A stretch of 30,044 bases of DNA from an uncultured Desulfobacteraceae bacterium (GCA_964511755.1 CAZEGG010000001.1:1-30044); one strand, 5' to 3'. Positions 1 through 10,037 are shown, counted from the stretch's first letter. The notes: a model not told the origin generated them from the sequence alone. A program made the numbers and translations.

Positions 1-522
1 AGCCGCCAATCCATTGGAAAAACATCTTCTTTCAACGTGGAACAATTCGTCAACAAGTGTCTGAACCTCCTGATCCATCAGGCCTCGTTTCAGAATATAA
101 GAATCAAGAAATACTTTGCCCCGGACCTGCCTGAACTTGCCGGGGACATGGGACAGCTTCAACAGGTATTTACCAACCTGTTCGTCAATGCCGCGGACGC
201 CATGGAAGGGAAAGGCGAACTGTCAATCTCGGCCACGTATGACCATGACAGATCGCTTTTTCTGTTCAGCGTGAAGGATACCGGCCCGGGCATCCCCAAA
301 GACCAGTTTCAGAAGATATTCGATATGTTTTATACCACCAAACCGGCGGGAAGAGGTACCGGTCTCGGACTGAGCATCTCTCAGAATATTGTCAAGCTCC
401 ATGGAGGACAGATATACGTGGAGTGTCCGCCTGAAGGGGGTACTGTATTCACCATTGAATTGCCTTGTGAGTTTACGGAGGCATGTGGTGAACAACCTGT
501 TTTTGTCGGGATTGATGGGTGA
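1..522 (+). CDS. Sensor histidine kinase, C-terminal HATPase_c domain (5'-partial)
   Basis: Frame is open from base 1. N box (QVFTNLFVNAADAM), G1 (DTGPGI), F box (IFDMFYTTK) and G2 (GTGLGL) are all present. Confidence 0.93.
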   Translation, partial: SRQSIGKTSSFNVEQFVNKCLNLLIHQASFQNIRIKKYFAPDLPELAGDMGQLQQVFTNLFVNAADAMEGKGELSISATYDHDRSLFLFSVKDTGPGIPKDQFQKIFDMFYTTKPAGRGTGLGLSISQNIVKLHGGQIYVECPPEGGTVFTIELPCEFTEACGEQPVFVGIDG

Positions 523-525
523 GCG

Positions 526-2001
526 ATGAGTGATTTGATCCGAATTCTCGTGGTTGATGACGAAAGACCCATTCGGGAAGGTTGTCATCGTGTTTTGACA
601 GCAAAGGATTATGACACGATTACCGCTGAGAACGGGCAGGAGGCGCTTGAAATCCTTGCGCGGGAGATGGTAGACGTGGTCCTGCTGGACCTGAAAATGC
701 CTATTCTCAGCGGGGAGGAAGTTCTTCAGGTGGTGCAGGAGCGCCATCCTGAAATTCCGGTCATTATCATCACGGGCCACGGAACGGTTGACACCGCAGT
801 CGAATGCATGAAGAACGGGGCCTATGATTTTATCACGAAACCGTTTCAAATAGACCAGTTTATGGCCACAGTGAACCGGGCCAGTGAAAAACGGAAACTG
901 GAGAGACAGGCCCGCCGGTATCAGGAAGAGAACATCCGTAACCTCTATGACCTCCATATGGAGAAGAGCCGGCTCCTGACCATGATCAACTGCATGGCCA
1001 ATGGCGTCATGGTCACAAACCGCAGCATGGAGGTGGTCCTGCATAATCCGGTTCTCATGCAACTTCTTGACATCAAAGAAGAACTGGATACCCCCGTTCC
1101 GATTTCCAGGATTACCGGCGACGAAACGCTCGTAAAGACCCTGGAAGTGATCCTCGCCCAGAGTGGTGGCAAGGAAGAGTGGATCTCTCAGGAGATCCAA
1201 GCGGGGCTCAAGGTCCTGCGTGCCATTTCCGCCCCGGCCCTCGGCCCTGACGGAGGTGTCATGGGAACGGTCACCGTTCTGGAAAACATAACCCCCTTCA
1301 AGCAGCTTGACCAGATGAAGACTGATTTTGTGAACATGGTCGCTCATGAACTCAGGAGTCCCCTGGTTTCCATCAGACAGCTTCAGAGCGTCATCCTCGA
1401 AGGCCTGACCGGCCCGCTGAATGAAAAGCAGAAAGACTACATTTCGAGGGGAATGAGCAAGATTGATGCCCTGCTCGGTCTTATCAACGATCTTCTCGAC
1501 ATTGCAAAAATAGAGGCAGGGAAATATGTCCAGCATCGGGTCCCCACTGATTTGGGGAAATTGATCGAGCAGGCAGTGAAGCTCATGGAGCCCAGGGCGA
1601 AACAGCAAGGCATCGCCATTACCTGCGAATACCGTGATCTCAAGCCCGTCCAGGCGGATCCGAAGAACATGGAAGAGGTATTGAATAACCTCCTCAGCAA
1701 CGCCATCAATTATTCCCCGAACGGAGGAACCGTGGAGGTCCGTGCCAGGAGCATGGGAGAGTCCATAGAAATAGAGGTCAGGGATACGGGCGTGGGTATC
1801 CCCGAGGAAGAGCTTGCTAAAATCTTTGACAAGTTTTACCGGGTAAAACATCCGGAGACGCGCAAGGTAATTGGAACAGGCCTTGGTTTGCCGATAGTGA
1901 AAAACATTGTTGAGGCCCATAACGGCATAATCGAGGTTGACAGTATTCCCGGCCGGGGAAGCACATTCAGGATCCGCCTCCCTATAATTGCAGAGATTTA
2001 G
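526..2001 (+). CDS. Hybrid signalling protein: REC - PAS-like - HisKA - HATPase_c
   Basis: N-terminal receiver (VVDDE, LLDLKMP, TKPF), PAS-like segment (MANGVMVTNRSMEVVLHNP), H box AHELRSP, N box NLLSNAINY, DTGVGI, GTGLGL. Starts 3 nt after the upstream stop. Confidence 0.93.
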   Translation: MSDLIRILVVDDERPIREGCHRVLTAKDYDTITAENGQEALEILAREMVDVVLLDLKMPILSGEEVLQVVQERHPEIPVIIITGHGTVDTAVECMKNGAYDFITKPFQIDQFMATVNRASEKRKLERQARRYQEENIRNLYDLHMEKSRLLTMINCMANGVMVTNRSMEVVLHNPVLMQLLDIKEELDTPVPISRITGDETLVKTLEVILAQSGGKEEWISQEIQAGLKVLRAISAPALGPDGGVMGTVTVLENITPFKQLDQMKTDFVNMVAHELRSPLVSIRQLQSVILEGLTGPLNEKQKDYISRGMSKIDALLGLINDLLDIAKIEAGKYVQHRVPTDLGKLIEQAVKLMEPRAKQQGIAITCEYRDLKPVQADPKNMEEVLNNLLSNAINYSPNGGTVEVRARSMGESIEIEVRDTGVGIPEEELAKIFDKFYRVKHPETRKVIGTGLGLPIVKNIVEAHNGIIEVDSIPGRGSTFRIRLPIIAEI

Positions 2002-2051
2002 ACTGCAGCAGGGGAACACCGCAGCTGCTGAAGACAAAATCTTGGACATGA

Positions 2052-3425
2052 ATGATGATAGATAATGAGCTGGACGAAATACAGCGCGTCCTGGTGGTTG
2101 ACGATGAACCCGTGGTGAGAAACGGCATTCAACGCGCCTTGGAAAACAGACGCATGGCAACCAGACTCGCGTCGCGAGGGCAAGAAGCTCTCGACTTGTT
2201 GGAGCACCAGTCTTTTGACCTCGTACTCCTCGACATACGCCTGCCTGATATGGACGGGGTAGAAGTACTGCGGCAGATCCGCCTTCGTTCCCCGGAAACC
2301 GCCGTCGTCATGATCACCGGATATCCCACCATTGATTCCGCGGTGCATTGCATCAAGCTGGGCGCCGTCGATTACCTGGTAAAACCGTTTCGCCTGGATG
2401 ACCTGGATGCGGCACTCAAGAAATCTCTCTCCCGTCAGAATTCCTTAATGAAGCCCTCCGTCAGCTCTCTGGGCCTGGAGATCGACTCCAAAGAGAACCT
2501 GATTATCGGTCAGAGCAGGCCCATGAAAATAATCTTCGAAAAGATACTCAAGGTAGCATCCACGGGGAGCACCGTGATGATCACCGGAGAAAGCGGCACC
2601 GGGAAAGAACTGGTCGCACGGGCGATCCATGCAAACAGCGATAGAAAAAACGATGAATTTGTGGCGGTGGATTGTTCTTCACTGGTAGAAAATCTGCTTG
2701 AAAGCGAACTTTTCGGACACGTAAAGGGTTCCTTCACGGGGGCGGTTCAGACAAAGCACGGGTTATTTGAACTGGCAAATCACGGAACATTTTTCTTTGA
2801 TGAAATAGCAAACCTCAGTCTCAACATACAGGCAAAACTCCTTCGGGTGATCCAGGAAAGAGAGTTCATGAAGGTGGGCGATCAGAGGAAGATAAAGCTC
2901 GATATCAGGATCATCTCCGCATCCAACAGAAACCTGGAAGAATCGGTTCGGAAGGGCGAGTTTCGTGAGGATCTCTACTACCGCCTGAGTGTAGTCCCCA
3001 TTCATTTGCCCCCGCTTCGGAAGAGAACCGATGACATCTCCCTTCTCATGCATCATTTTTTGAAGAAATTCGCCGGCAGGCTGAAAAAACCCATCCCGGA
3101 AATATCTCCCGAAGCCATGGAGGTGTTGAAGAATTATGCCTGGCCCGGCAACGTGAGAGAACTGGAACACACCATTGAAAGGATCTTGATCCTCGAGGAC
3201 ACCGACCTGATCCGTCCACGCGACTTGCCTTCTTTCATCACCCAGCGGCAGGGAGAATTCCAGATGTTTTCTGAAGAACTCTTCTCGCTGGAAGAACTGG
3301 AAAAGAAGTACATCCGCTTCGTCCTTCGCCGCACAAGGGGCAGGAAGACAAAAGCCGCCGAAATCCTCGGCATCAACAGGAAAACATTAGGGCTCAAAGT
3401 AAAGAAATACGGTTTATCCGGGTAA
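2052..3425 (+). CDS. Sigma-54-dependent response regulator, NtrC family (REC-AAA+-Fis HTH)
   Basis: Receiver VVDDE/LLDIRLP, Walker A GESGTGKE, ESELFGHVKGSFTGA (GAFTGA variant), FFDEI, DLYYRL, WPGNVREL, C-terminal HTH AAEILGINRKTL. Confidence 0.96.
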   Translation: MMIDNELDEIQRVLVVDDEPVVRNGIQRALENRRMATRLASRGQEALDLLEHQSFDLVLLDIRLPDMDGVEVLRQIRLRSPETAVVMITGYPTIDSAVHCIKLGAVDYLVKPFRLDDLDAALKKSLSRQNSLMKPSVSSLGLEIDSKENLIIGQSRPMKIIFEKILKVASTGSTVMITGESGTGKELVARAIHANSDRKNDEFVAVDCSSLVENLLESELFGHVKGSFTGAVQTKHGLFELANHGTFFFDEIANLSLNIQAKLLRVIQEREFMKVGDQRKIKLDIRIISASNRNLEESVRKGEFREDLYYRLSVVPIHLPPLRKRTDDISLLMHHFLKKFAGRLKKPIPEISPEAMEVLKNYAWPGNVRELEHTIERILILEDTDLIRPRDLPSFITQRQGEFQMFSEELFSLEELEKKYIRFVLRRTRGRKTKAAEILGINRKTLGLKVKKYGLSG

Positions 3426-4703
3426 ACTGCCTTTCCCCCGTCCGGCCGCGCTCCCCTGCTGTTTTTCTTTTTCCTCATCCAGATAGAGTGCCGCGAGTAT
3501 TTTGGCATCGGTGAGGATATCCGGGATCCGGGATGATTCGTTGGGCTGATGGGCCGTATCAGCGCAGGTGGACCAGACGGCAGCGGGCAACCCATATTTC
3601 CGGAAAAATGCGGCAACGGTCCCGCCTCCGATCCCCATGGGCGTTCCCTCACGACCCGTAACCCCTCTGATGGCTCTCTTCAACGCGAGCACTACCGGCG
3701 AGTCAACGGGAGTGGGTTCCGGGGCCTCCTGGCGCTGGATCGTGTCCAGTTTGATTTCCAAGTCAAGCTCCGAGGCTATCCCGCCGGCGATGTCCCGGCA
3801 GGCCGAAAGGACCTCCTCTGTTTCATACCGGGGCAGAATCCGGCAATCCAGGGAAAAGACAGCTTTTCCCGGGATGGTATTGATGTTCGGCACGTTTGGC
3901 TCCATTCTGGTGGGACTGAACGTGGATGTCGACGGGCTGAAAAGGCTGTCCGAGTGAGGGAAAAGCTTATCCAGTTCCTGCAGGGCCAGGATCAGCCGTG
4001 CCGCCCCAACGAGGCTGTTCTTTCCCTTGTGCGGCGTACTGGCATGACACTGCCTCCCGAGGATGGTGAACTGGAGCCAGAGCATGGATTTTTCTGCGAT
4101 TTCAATCATGGTCCCATCCTCGTTCCCCGCATCCGGCACGATGATGAGGTCCTGCTTCCCGAACAGGTCTTTCCGATGTTGCAGGAGGTACTGAAGCCCG
4201 AATTCGCTCCCGGTTTCTTCATCCGCCACAACGGCCAGCCCTACCGGACGGGAAAGGGCTTCCCTTGAATCGAGGATCCCTTTCAATGCCAGATGGGAAC
4301 TGACAAACCCGTGCTGATTGTCTTCCACTCCCCGTCCGATGACCCTGTCCCCTTCTGTCTTCACCGTGTAGGGGTCCGCATCCCACAGAGAAAGATCCCC
4401 GGGCGGGACGATGTCCAAATGGCTCAACACCCAGACAGCGGGCGCCTTGAGCCCTTCTCCCCATTTGGCTATCAGGTTGGGCCTGTATCCGTCAGGGACC
4501 CTCGAATCCGGCGCTTTGATCTCTTCCAGCACATCCGGGTTCAGTTCCCGGAGTGCTGTTTTGACATACTTTGCTTTTTCGTGTTCGCCTGTCCCCCCAT
4601 TGGCAGGACCCAGGGCAACCCTCGATGTGAGTTCGGTCTGGAGACGGATCACCTCTTCGCGGTACCCGTCAATTCTCTCGAAAATGTTGTTCAGCCTGAA
4701 CAT
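3414..4703 (-). CDS. M20 family metallo-hydrolase (ArgE/DapE-like)
   Basis: Metal-binding motifs SHLD, GRGVEDN, ADEETG and C-terminal AHQPNE. The exact substrate cannot be assigned from sequence. Confidence 0.88.
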   Translation of the reverse strand: MFRLNNIFERIDGYREEVIRLQTELTSRVALGPANGGTGEHEKAKYVKTALRELNPDVLEEIKAPDSRVPDGYRPNLIAKWGEGLKAPAVWVLSHLDIVPPGDLSLWDADPYTVKTEGDRVIGRGVEDNQHGFVSSHLALKGILDSREALSRPVGLAVVADEETGSEFGLQYLLQHRKDLFGKQDLIIVPDAGNEDGTMIEIAEKSMLWLQFTILGRQCHASTPHKGKNSLVGAARLILALQELDKLFPHSDSLFSPSTSTFSPTRMEPNVPNINTIPGKAVFSLDCRILPRYETEEVLSACRDIAGGIASELDLEIKLDTIQRQEAPEPTPVDSPVVLALKRAIRGVTGREGTPMGIGGGTVAAFFRKYGLPAAVWSTCADTAHQPNESSRIPDILTDAKILAALYLDEEKEKQQGSAAGRGKGSLPG

Positions 4704-5339
4704 CTAGTTTCTCTCCTTTTCGTTTCCGTCAGCGCAATTCCTCTCCGGGACCACGGTGAAACCGGAAAGTTCGGCTATTTCACCCATCATCTGATCGAGA
4801 AGGAGTTCGTAACGGGTATTTTCATCGGTCTGGAAGGGTCGGCCGAAGCGGACCGCGACCGTCGTCCTCAGCCCGCCTTTCCGATAGCGGATGCCGACCG
4901 GAACAAAGGGAAGCGCGAGCCGGGAAAGCACCAGACGGATAATGCCGGCGTGGCCCGGTCCCATCCTGTCCCGGTAATAGGTCCCTTCCGGAAAGATAAC
5001 CACTCCCTCTCCTTCCTTGAGGAACCGGATAACGGCCTTCATGGATCGCCTGCTTTCAAGGGGTTTTTGCCGATTCAAGGGCAGTCCACCGAGGGCGGTC
5101 AAGTACCATCGGGCGAGAGGGTTCCGGAACAATTCGTATTTCGCCACATAGTACAAAGGCCGCGGAGTAGCAAGGCTCAGCAGCGGGATGTCCTCCCAGC
5201 GCTGGTGCTTGGGGAGGAGAACGAAGGCGCTCTCCCGAGGCAGGTTGTCGATTCCTTCCACGCGAAATGCAAAAAAAGGGCAAAGGAGAATGCGTCCGGC
5301 CCTCCTGGTGATCCGGAACACCCATTCCTTTCTTCCCAA
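4704..5339 (-). CDS. plsC: 1-acyl-sn-glycerol-3-phosphate acyltransferase (PlsC/LPLAT family); start uncertain
   Basis: HxxxxD motif (KHQRWED), YVAKYEL, IFPEGT. The ORF is open to 5474 but that would overlap glmS by 68 nt, so the TTG at 5339 or a nearby GTG is more plausible. The stop directly abuts the M20 ATG. Confidence 0.85.
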   Translation of the reverse strand: MGRKEWVFRITRRAGRILLCPFFAFRVEGIDNLPRESAFVLLPKHQRWEDIPLLSLATPRPLYYVAKYELFRNPLARWYLTALGGLPLNRQKPLESRRSMKAVIRFLKEGEGVVIFPEGTYYRDRMGPGHAGIIRLVLSRLALPFVPVGIRYRKGGLRTTVAVRFGRPFQTDENTRYELLLDQMMGEIAELSGFTVVPERNCADGNEKERN

Positions 5340-5406
5340 TCCGGTTTTCCCGGGACAGCCGATCTCCGCGTGAGTTTTCGTTCCTCTATGCCGGAAAACT
5401 CCGCGG

Positions 5407-7233
5407 TTATTCAACGGTGACGCTCTTCGCAAGGTTTCTCGGTTTGTCAATATCGCGGTTGAGGAGGCCGGCACAGTAATAGGCCAGGAGCTGACAGGGA
5501 ATCACCGCCAGTATGGGATTCAGGAAGTCCAGCGTCGCGGGAATTTCAATAACGTCATCCACGATTTCCGCTACCTCCTCGTCCCCCTCGGTAACTATAG
5601 CTATCACCGGACCTTTCCGGCTCTTTATTTCCTGGATATTGCTGATCATCTTCTCGTACATGTCATCTTTCGGCAGGATTGCCACCGTGGGCATTTCCGG
5701 CGTAATCAGGGCAATGGGACCGTGCTTCATCTCCCCTGCGGCATATCCTTCGGCGTGGATGTAAGAGATCTCCTTCAGCTTGAGGGCGCCCTCCATGGCG
5801 ATGGAATAATTGAATTTCCGGCCCAGGAAAAGCCAGTTCTGGCATCTGTGGTACTTTTCTGCGATGGCCTCAATGTGATTCGCCTGCGAAAGCACCTTCC
5901 TTATTTGTTCCGGAAGTGCCTGAAGTGCGCGAATGGTCTCTACTCCCTCGGTCAGGGAGAGGTTCTGGTGTCGGCCCAGCAGGAGTGCCAGGAGGATGAG
6001 GATCGTGAGCTGCGAAGTGAAGATCTTGGTGGATGCCACACCGATCTCGGGACCGGCATGGTTATACACGCCTGCTTCCGTCTCGCGGGAGATGGAACTG
6101 CCCACCACATTGACGATCCCAAGGAGCCTCGCTCCTTTTCTCTTTGCCTCGCGGATAGCGGCCAGCGTGTCGGCAGTTTCTCCTGACTGGCTGATGGCAA
6201 TGATAAAGGTGTTGGGGGGAAAGTTGAGCTTCCGGTACCGAAACTCGGAGGCGACTTCCACCTCCACATCGATGTCTGTCAGCTTTTCAAATACATACCG
6301 TCCCGCGCACCCCGCATAATAGGATGTCCCGCAGGCCACGATCACCAGATGTCGGCACTGCTTTAATTGGTCCCATACCGGCGTTATCCCACCCAGTTTC
6401 GGGACACCTTCCCCGAAGTCAAGACGTCCCCGCATGGCATTGCGAACCGTTTCAGGCTGTTCGTATATCTCTTTCAGCATGAAATGCGGAAACCCGCTCA
6501 GTTCCGCGTCTTCTGCATGCCATTCCACAGTCTCTATGGACCTCTGAATGGGTTCGGCCCGGGCGGTCGAAATGACAAAATCGTCCTGTCTCAGGGTTGC
6601 GAGTTCATTGTCCTGGAGGTGAATCACCTGGTTTGTGTGGCGGACCATGGCGGAGACATCCGACGCCGCAAAATGACCTTCGTCGCTCAGCCCGATGACC
6701 AGCGGACTTCCCCTTCTTGCGACTACGATCTCCCCGGGGACATCCTGATGAATCACGGCAATACCGAAGGTGCCTTCCACCTGCGACATGGTTTTTCTGA
6801 CGGCCTCTGTCAGGTCTCCTTCAAAATTGCGCCCGATCAACTGTGCCAGAACTTCCGTGTCTGTTTCGGAATAGAATTGGTACCCCTCTTTTTGCAGTTT
6901 CTTCTTCAGGAGGGCGTAATTTTCTATAATGCCGTTGTGGACCAAGAATACCTTTCCCTCCTGGTCCATATGGGGATGGGCATTGTGTTCCGTTGGTTCA
7001 CCATGGGTTGCCCAGCGGGTATGAGCGATACCCGTGGATCCGTTCATTTTCAGGGAATTGATCTTTTTTTCCAGTTCGATGATCTTTCCCACGGCCCGCT
7101 GGCAATTGATGGTCGATCCATCCTGCACAGCGATTCCTGCCGAATCATAGCCGCGATATTCCAGCTGCTTGAGGCCGTCCATAAGGATGGGTCGCGCCTG
7201 TTTTTCCCCCACGTACGAGACGATGCCGCACAT
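5407..7233 (-). CDS. glmS: Glutamine--fructose-6-phosphate transaminase (isomerizing)
   Basis: N-terminal MCGIV (catalytic Cys), RGYDSAG, HTRWATHG, SQSGETADT, GEMKHGP, C-terminal PRNLAKSVTVE. Strong RBS AGGAGGAGG. Confidence 0.99.
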   Translation of the reverse strand: MCGIVSYVGEKQARPILMDGLKQLEYRGYDSAGIAVQDGSTINCQRAVGKIIELEKKINSLKMNGSTGIAHTRWATHGEPTEHNAHPHMDQEGKVFLVHNGIIENYALLKKKLQKEGYQFYSETDTEVLAQLIGRNFEGDLTEAVRKTMSQVEGTFGIAVIHQDVPGEIVVARRGSPLVIGLSDEGHFAASDVSAMVRHTNQVIHLQDNELATLRQDDFVISTARAEPIQRSIETVEWHAEDAELSGFPHFMLKEIYEQPETVRNAMRGRLDFGEGVPKLGGITPVWDQLKQCRHLVIVACGTSYYAGCAGRYVFEKLTDIDVEVEVASEFRYRKLNFPPNTFIIAISQSGETADTLAAIREAKRKGARLLGIVNVVGSSISRETEAGVYNHAGPEIGVASTKIFTSQLTILILLALLLGRHQNLSLTEGVETIRALQALPEQIRKVLSQANHIEAIAEKYHRCQNWLFLGRKFNYSIAMEGALKLKEISYIHAEGYAAGEMKHGPIALITPEMPTVAILPKDDMYEKMISNIQEIKSRKGPVIAIVTEGDEEVAEIVDDVIEIPATLDFLNPILAVIPCQLLAYYCAGLLNRDIDKPRNLAKSVTVE

Positions 7234-7261
7234 GCTTCATCCTCCTCCTTATTCCAATTCT

Positions 7262-7364
7262 CATTCAAGCGCTCCCGGCGTTGGCTGCGTCGCAGGCTCC
7301 TCGACGTACTGCTTTCGTACGCCTCCGTCGCCTACTCCTTGCCGCCTAGGTATCATCTTGAATG
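7262..7364. repeat. Imperfect palindromic element bounded by 8-bp inverted repeats (REP/MITE-like or structured leader RNA)
   Basis: CATTCAAG (7262-7269) and CTTGAATG (7357-7364) enclose nested complementary segments centred on CGTAC-tgcttt(c)-GTACG. Only one copy seen in this window. Confidence 0.55.
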
Positions 7365-7384
7365 CAAACCGGAATAATGGTCAA
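7355..7384 (-). promoter_or_regulatory. Possible sigma-70 promoter for glmS
   Basis: TTGACC-N18-CAAGAT on the minus strand; the -10 match is weak. Confidence 0.35.
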
Positions 7385-7425
7385 ATGGCTGAGGGGTCTC
7401 CTGTTCACCCCCCAACAGGTCCTAT

Positions 7426-8757
7426 TCAAGAGAGAACTTCATAGTTTATGATCGCCCGGGCGATCTCGTTGGATCTGACACCCAATATCCGTCCATGGAC
7501 CTCCAGAACCGCCAGGCAGAATCCGTCAGAATCGTCTTTCCGCATGGCGTATGCGGTGGTCCAATCATATCTGTGAAGGTCGGAACTGTCGTTGATGGTT
7601 CCCGTCTTGGCGCCCAGGTCCAACCCTCGAAATCTCCTTTTTCTCTGCAGGTGCCAGAAAGATCTGCGACACGTACCGTATCGTACGGTATCGTGCATCA
7701 TGGTCTGCAAATACCGGGCCGTTTGCGCTGAAATGGGGATTCCCAGCACATCCGGGTGCGCCCGGTACACCGGCACATCCTGTTTCTTGATTTCATTGAT
7801 CACCCAGGGCTTCATCACCTTTCCTCCGTTTGCAACGGCACAGGCGAGAAGCGCCGCATGAAAGGGAGAAATGAGGGTACGCCTGTTAAATCCCGATGTC
7901 ACTTCAGCGATCCCGTAAGGATCCTCGGGGACGTCTATGACACTCGGGGAAAGAGGAAGGTCAAACAATATCGGGCGATTGAAGAAAAATTTCTGGGCAT
8001 AATCAACGATCGTTTTCCGCCCTAGGGTGTAAATCCCGAGCTTTCCAAACACGGGATTTATTGATTTCGCAAAGGCGCTTCGAAACGTCACTTTCGTTGA
8101 ATATCTGTTCACCTTCTTTGTCAATTGGTTCTTGTAAAGGGTATGCGCCCTTCCGAGAAAGGAGATCATCCTGTCGGGGGTGAAATGGGCCTTTTCAATA
8201 GCAGCAGCTGCTGAGACGATCTTGAAGAGACTGGCGGCCGGAAAACGAGATGTAAGGCAGAGGTTCTCTCCTGGTTTCCCGTCTTTTCGGTAACTCACCA
8301 TGGCCAGGACCCGGCCGTCCCGTGGACGTAAAACCACAACAGCCGCTTTTTCCGTATGTGAGCGTTCAAGAAGATGATAGATGTATTTCTGCAGTTTGGG
8401 CATGATCGTCGTCTGGACCGTCAGCTCGGTATCATTTCTGCGAACGGGAAAGAGATTGGGACTGTTTCCCTCCTCTCCGAATCGTGCAGATATAAGCGGC
8501 CAGAGTTCTTCAGTATCGATGGCAACCGGCTTTGGAACAGGGCGAACCACCTTTTGTGCCTGTGGGTAGCTGGCCTCGCTGAAATGGACCAAGATGTTGT
8601 TCACCCCATAGATGATCAGCAGGCCTAAGAACGCCAGTCCCCCCGCATAAAGTGTCAGCAACGGTGCCCTTCGGGAGACTTTTTTCCTCTTCGCCTTCTG
8701 CTGAAGCCCGGTTTGATACGCCCGCCAGTCTTCCGGAGGCCTTTGGCCGCGTGTCAT
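7426..8757 (-). CDS. Penicillin-binding protein, transpeptidase domain (PbpA-like class B)
   Basis: N-terminal hydrophobic anchor and all three active-site motifs: SxxK (SLFK), SxN (SIN), KTG (AKTGT). Start overlaps the serS stop (ATGA). Confidence 0.88.
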   Translation of the reverse strand: MTRGQRPPEDWRAYQTGLQQKAKRKKVSRRAPLLTLYAGGLAFLGLLIIYGVNNILVHFSEASYPQAQKVVRPVPKPVAIDTEELWPLISARFGEEGNSPNLFPVRRNDTELTVQTTIMPKLQKYIYHLLERSHTEKAAVVVLRPRDGRVLAMVSYRKDGKPGENLCLTSRFPAASLFKIVSAAAAIEKAHFTPDRMISFLGRAHTLYKNQLTKKVNRYSTKVTFRSAFAKSINPVFGKLGIYTLGRKTIVDYAQKFFFNRPILFDLPLSPSVIDVPEDPYGIAEVTSGFNRRTLISPFHAALLACAVANGGKVMKPWVINEIKKQDVPVYRAHPDVLGIPISAQTARYLQTMMHDTVRYGTCRRSFWHLQRKRRFRGLDLGAKTGTINDSSDLHRYDWTTAYAMRKDDSDGFCLAVLEVHGRILGVRSNEIARAIINYEVLS

Positions 8758-10037
8758 TGCTGCACCTGACCTATCACGTCAGCACCGTCCATGTACGGCT
8801 TGAGCGCTTCCGGGATTGCGACCCTCCCGTCCGGCAGCTGATAGCTCTCCAGAATTGCCACGAGCGTTCTTCCCACCGCAAGCCCTGATCCGTTCAGGGT
8901 ATGCACAAGCTCGGTTCCTCGTGATCCTTTCCTCTTGAAACGAATTTTTGCCCTCCTGGCCTGAAAGTTTTCAAAATTACTGCACGAAGAGATTTCCCGG
9001 TAAAGGCCCTGCCCCGGCAACCATACCTCCAGATCGTAGGTCTTCGCCGAAGAAAACCCCAGATCTCCCGTGCACAGGGACACAACCCGATAATGGAGCC
9101 CCAGCCTCTTCAGGACCTCCTCTGCATCGGCCGTCAGTTTTTCCAGTTCATCATAGGAATCGTCCGGTTGTGTGAACTTCACCAGTTCCACTTTGTTGAA
9201 CTGGTGCTGGCGAATAAGGCCCCGGGTGTCCTTTCCGTGCGAGCCTGCTTCCGATCGGAAACAGGGGGTGTAGGAGACGTAATAGATAGGCAGTTCTTCC
9301 TCGGACAGGATCTCCTCCCGATGGATATTTGTCACCGGGACTTCCGCGGTAGGGATGAGGTAATATTCCCAGCCCTGGATCTTGAAAAGGTCTGCTTCAA
9401 ATTTCGGCAATTGCCCGGTCCCGGTCATGGAAGCTCGATTGACCATGAACGGGGGAAGGATTTCAGTGTACCCGTGCTCTTTTGTATGGATGTCGAGCAT
9501 GAAATTGATGAGTGCGCGCTCGAGTTTCGCTCCCGCGCCCCTGTAGAGCGCGAACCTGGCCCCTGCTATTTTTGCGGCCCGGGGAAAATCCAAAATGCCG
9601 AGCTTCTCACCGATCTCCCAATGCGCAAGGGGTTCAAAGTCCATCTCTCTCTTCTTACCCCAGGTTCTGACCACCGGATTATCGGCTTCATCTGCCCCCA
9701 CGACGACCGACGCGTGAGGTATGTTCGGAATCACCATCAGAAGTCGATCCAGCTCCTCGATGAATTCACCGATCTCTGTTTCTTTCTGTTTGATTTCTTC
9801 TGACACCCGTTTCATCCGAAGAATCAACGAGGAGGCATCTTCTCCCCTCTTCTTCAGCGAAGCTATCTCTTCGCTCACTTCATTCCGGTGATGGCGCAGT
9901 TCTTCTACCGCCGAAAGCCTGTTCCGCCGCTCCGTATCAAGGGTATCAAATTGCGATAAGTCCAGGTCGTATTCCCGGTCTTTGAGCATTTTTTTGATTT
10001 CCTTGAGATTGGAACGCACGAATTTTAAGTCCAGCAT
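8754..10037 (-). CDS. serS: Serine--tRNA ligase
   Basis: MLDLKFVR start with GGAGG RBS (ATG at 10037, not the longer 10097 start), [44 protein letters not shown]. Confidence 0.99.
   Translation of the reverse strand: MLDLKFVRSNLKEIKKMLKDREYDLDLSQFDTLDTERRNRLSAVEELRHHRNEVSEEIASLKKRGEDASSLILRMKRVSEEIKQKETEIGEFIEELDRLLMVIPNIPHASVVVGADEADNPVVRTWGKKREMDFEPLAHWEIGEKLGILDFPRAAKIAGARFALYRGAGAKLERALINFMLDIHTKEHGYTEILPPFMVNRASMTGTGQLPKFEADLFKIQGWEYYLIPTAEVPVTNIHREEILSEEELPIYYVSYTPCFRSEAGSHGKDTRGLIRQHQFNKVELVKFTQPDDSYDELEKLTADAEEVLKRLGLHYRVVSLCTGDLGFSSAKTYDLEVWLPGQGLYREISSCSNFENFQARRAKIRFKRKGSRGTELVHTLNGSGLAVGRTLVAILESYQLPDGRVAIPEALKPYMDGADVIGQVQQ

Noticed and set aside
223-2160. 645-aa minus-strand ORF
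   Set aside because: Antisense shadow of well-supported kinase genes; no recognisable motifs.
2710-2745. GSFTGA instead of GAFTGA as a sign of sigma-54 independence
   Set aside because: GSFTGA is a common functional variant that keeps the critical Phe-Thr.
4937-4953. TPP-riboswitch-like GGATAATGCCGGCGTGG
   Set aside because: Lies antisense within the plsC coding sequence, and the other aptamer elements (CUGAGA) are absent.
7400-7419. Hairpin CCTGTT-N8-AACAGG after the PBP stop as a terminator
   Set aside because: No U-tract on either side; a 6-bp stem alone is insufficient.
7234-7425. glmS ribozyme
   Set aside because: The conserved AGCGCC cleavage-site and GACGAGG core segments are not present in the required order on the mRNA strand.
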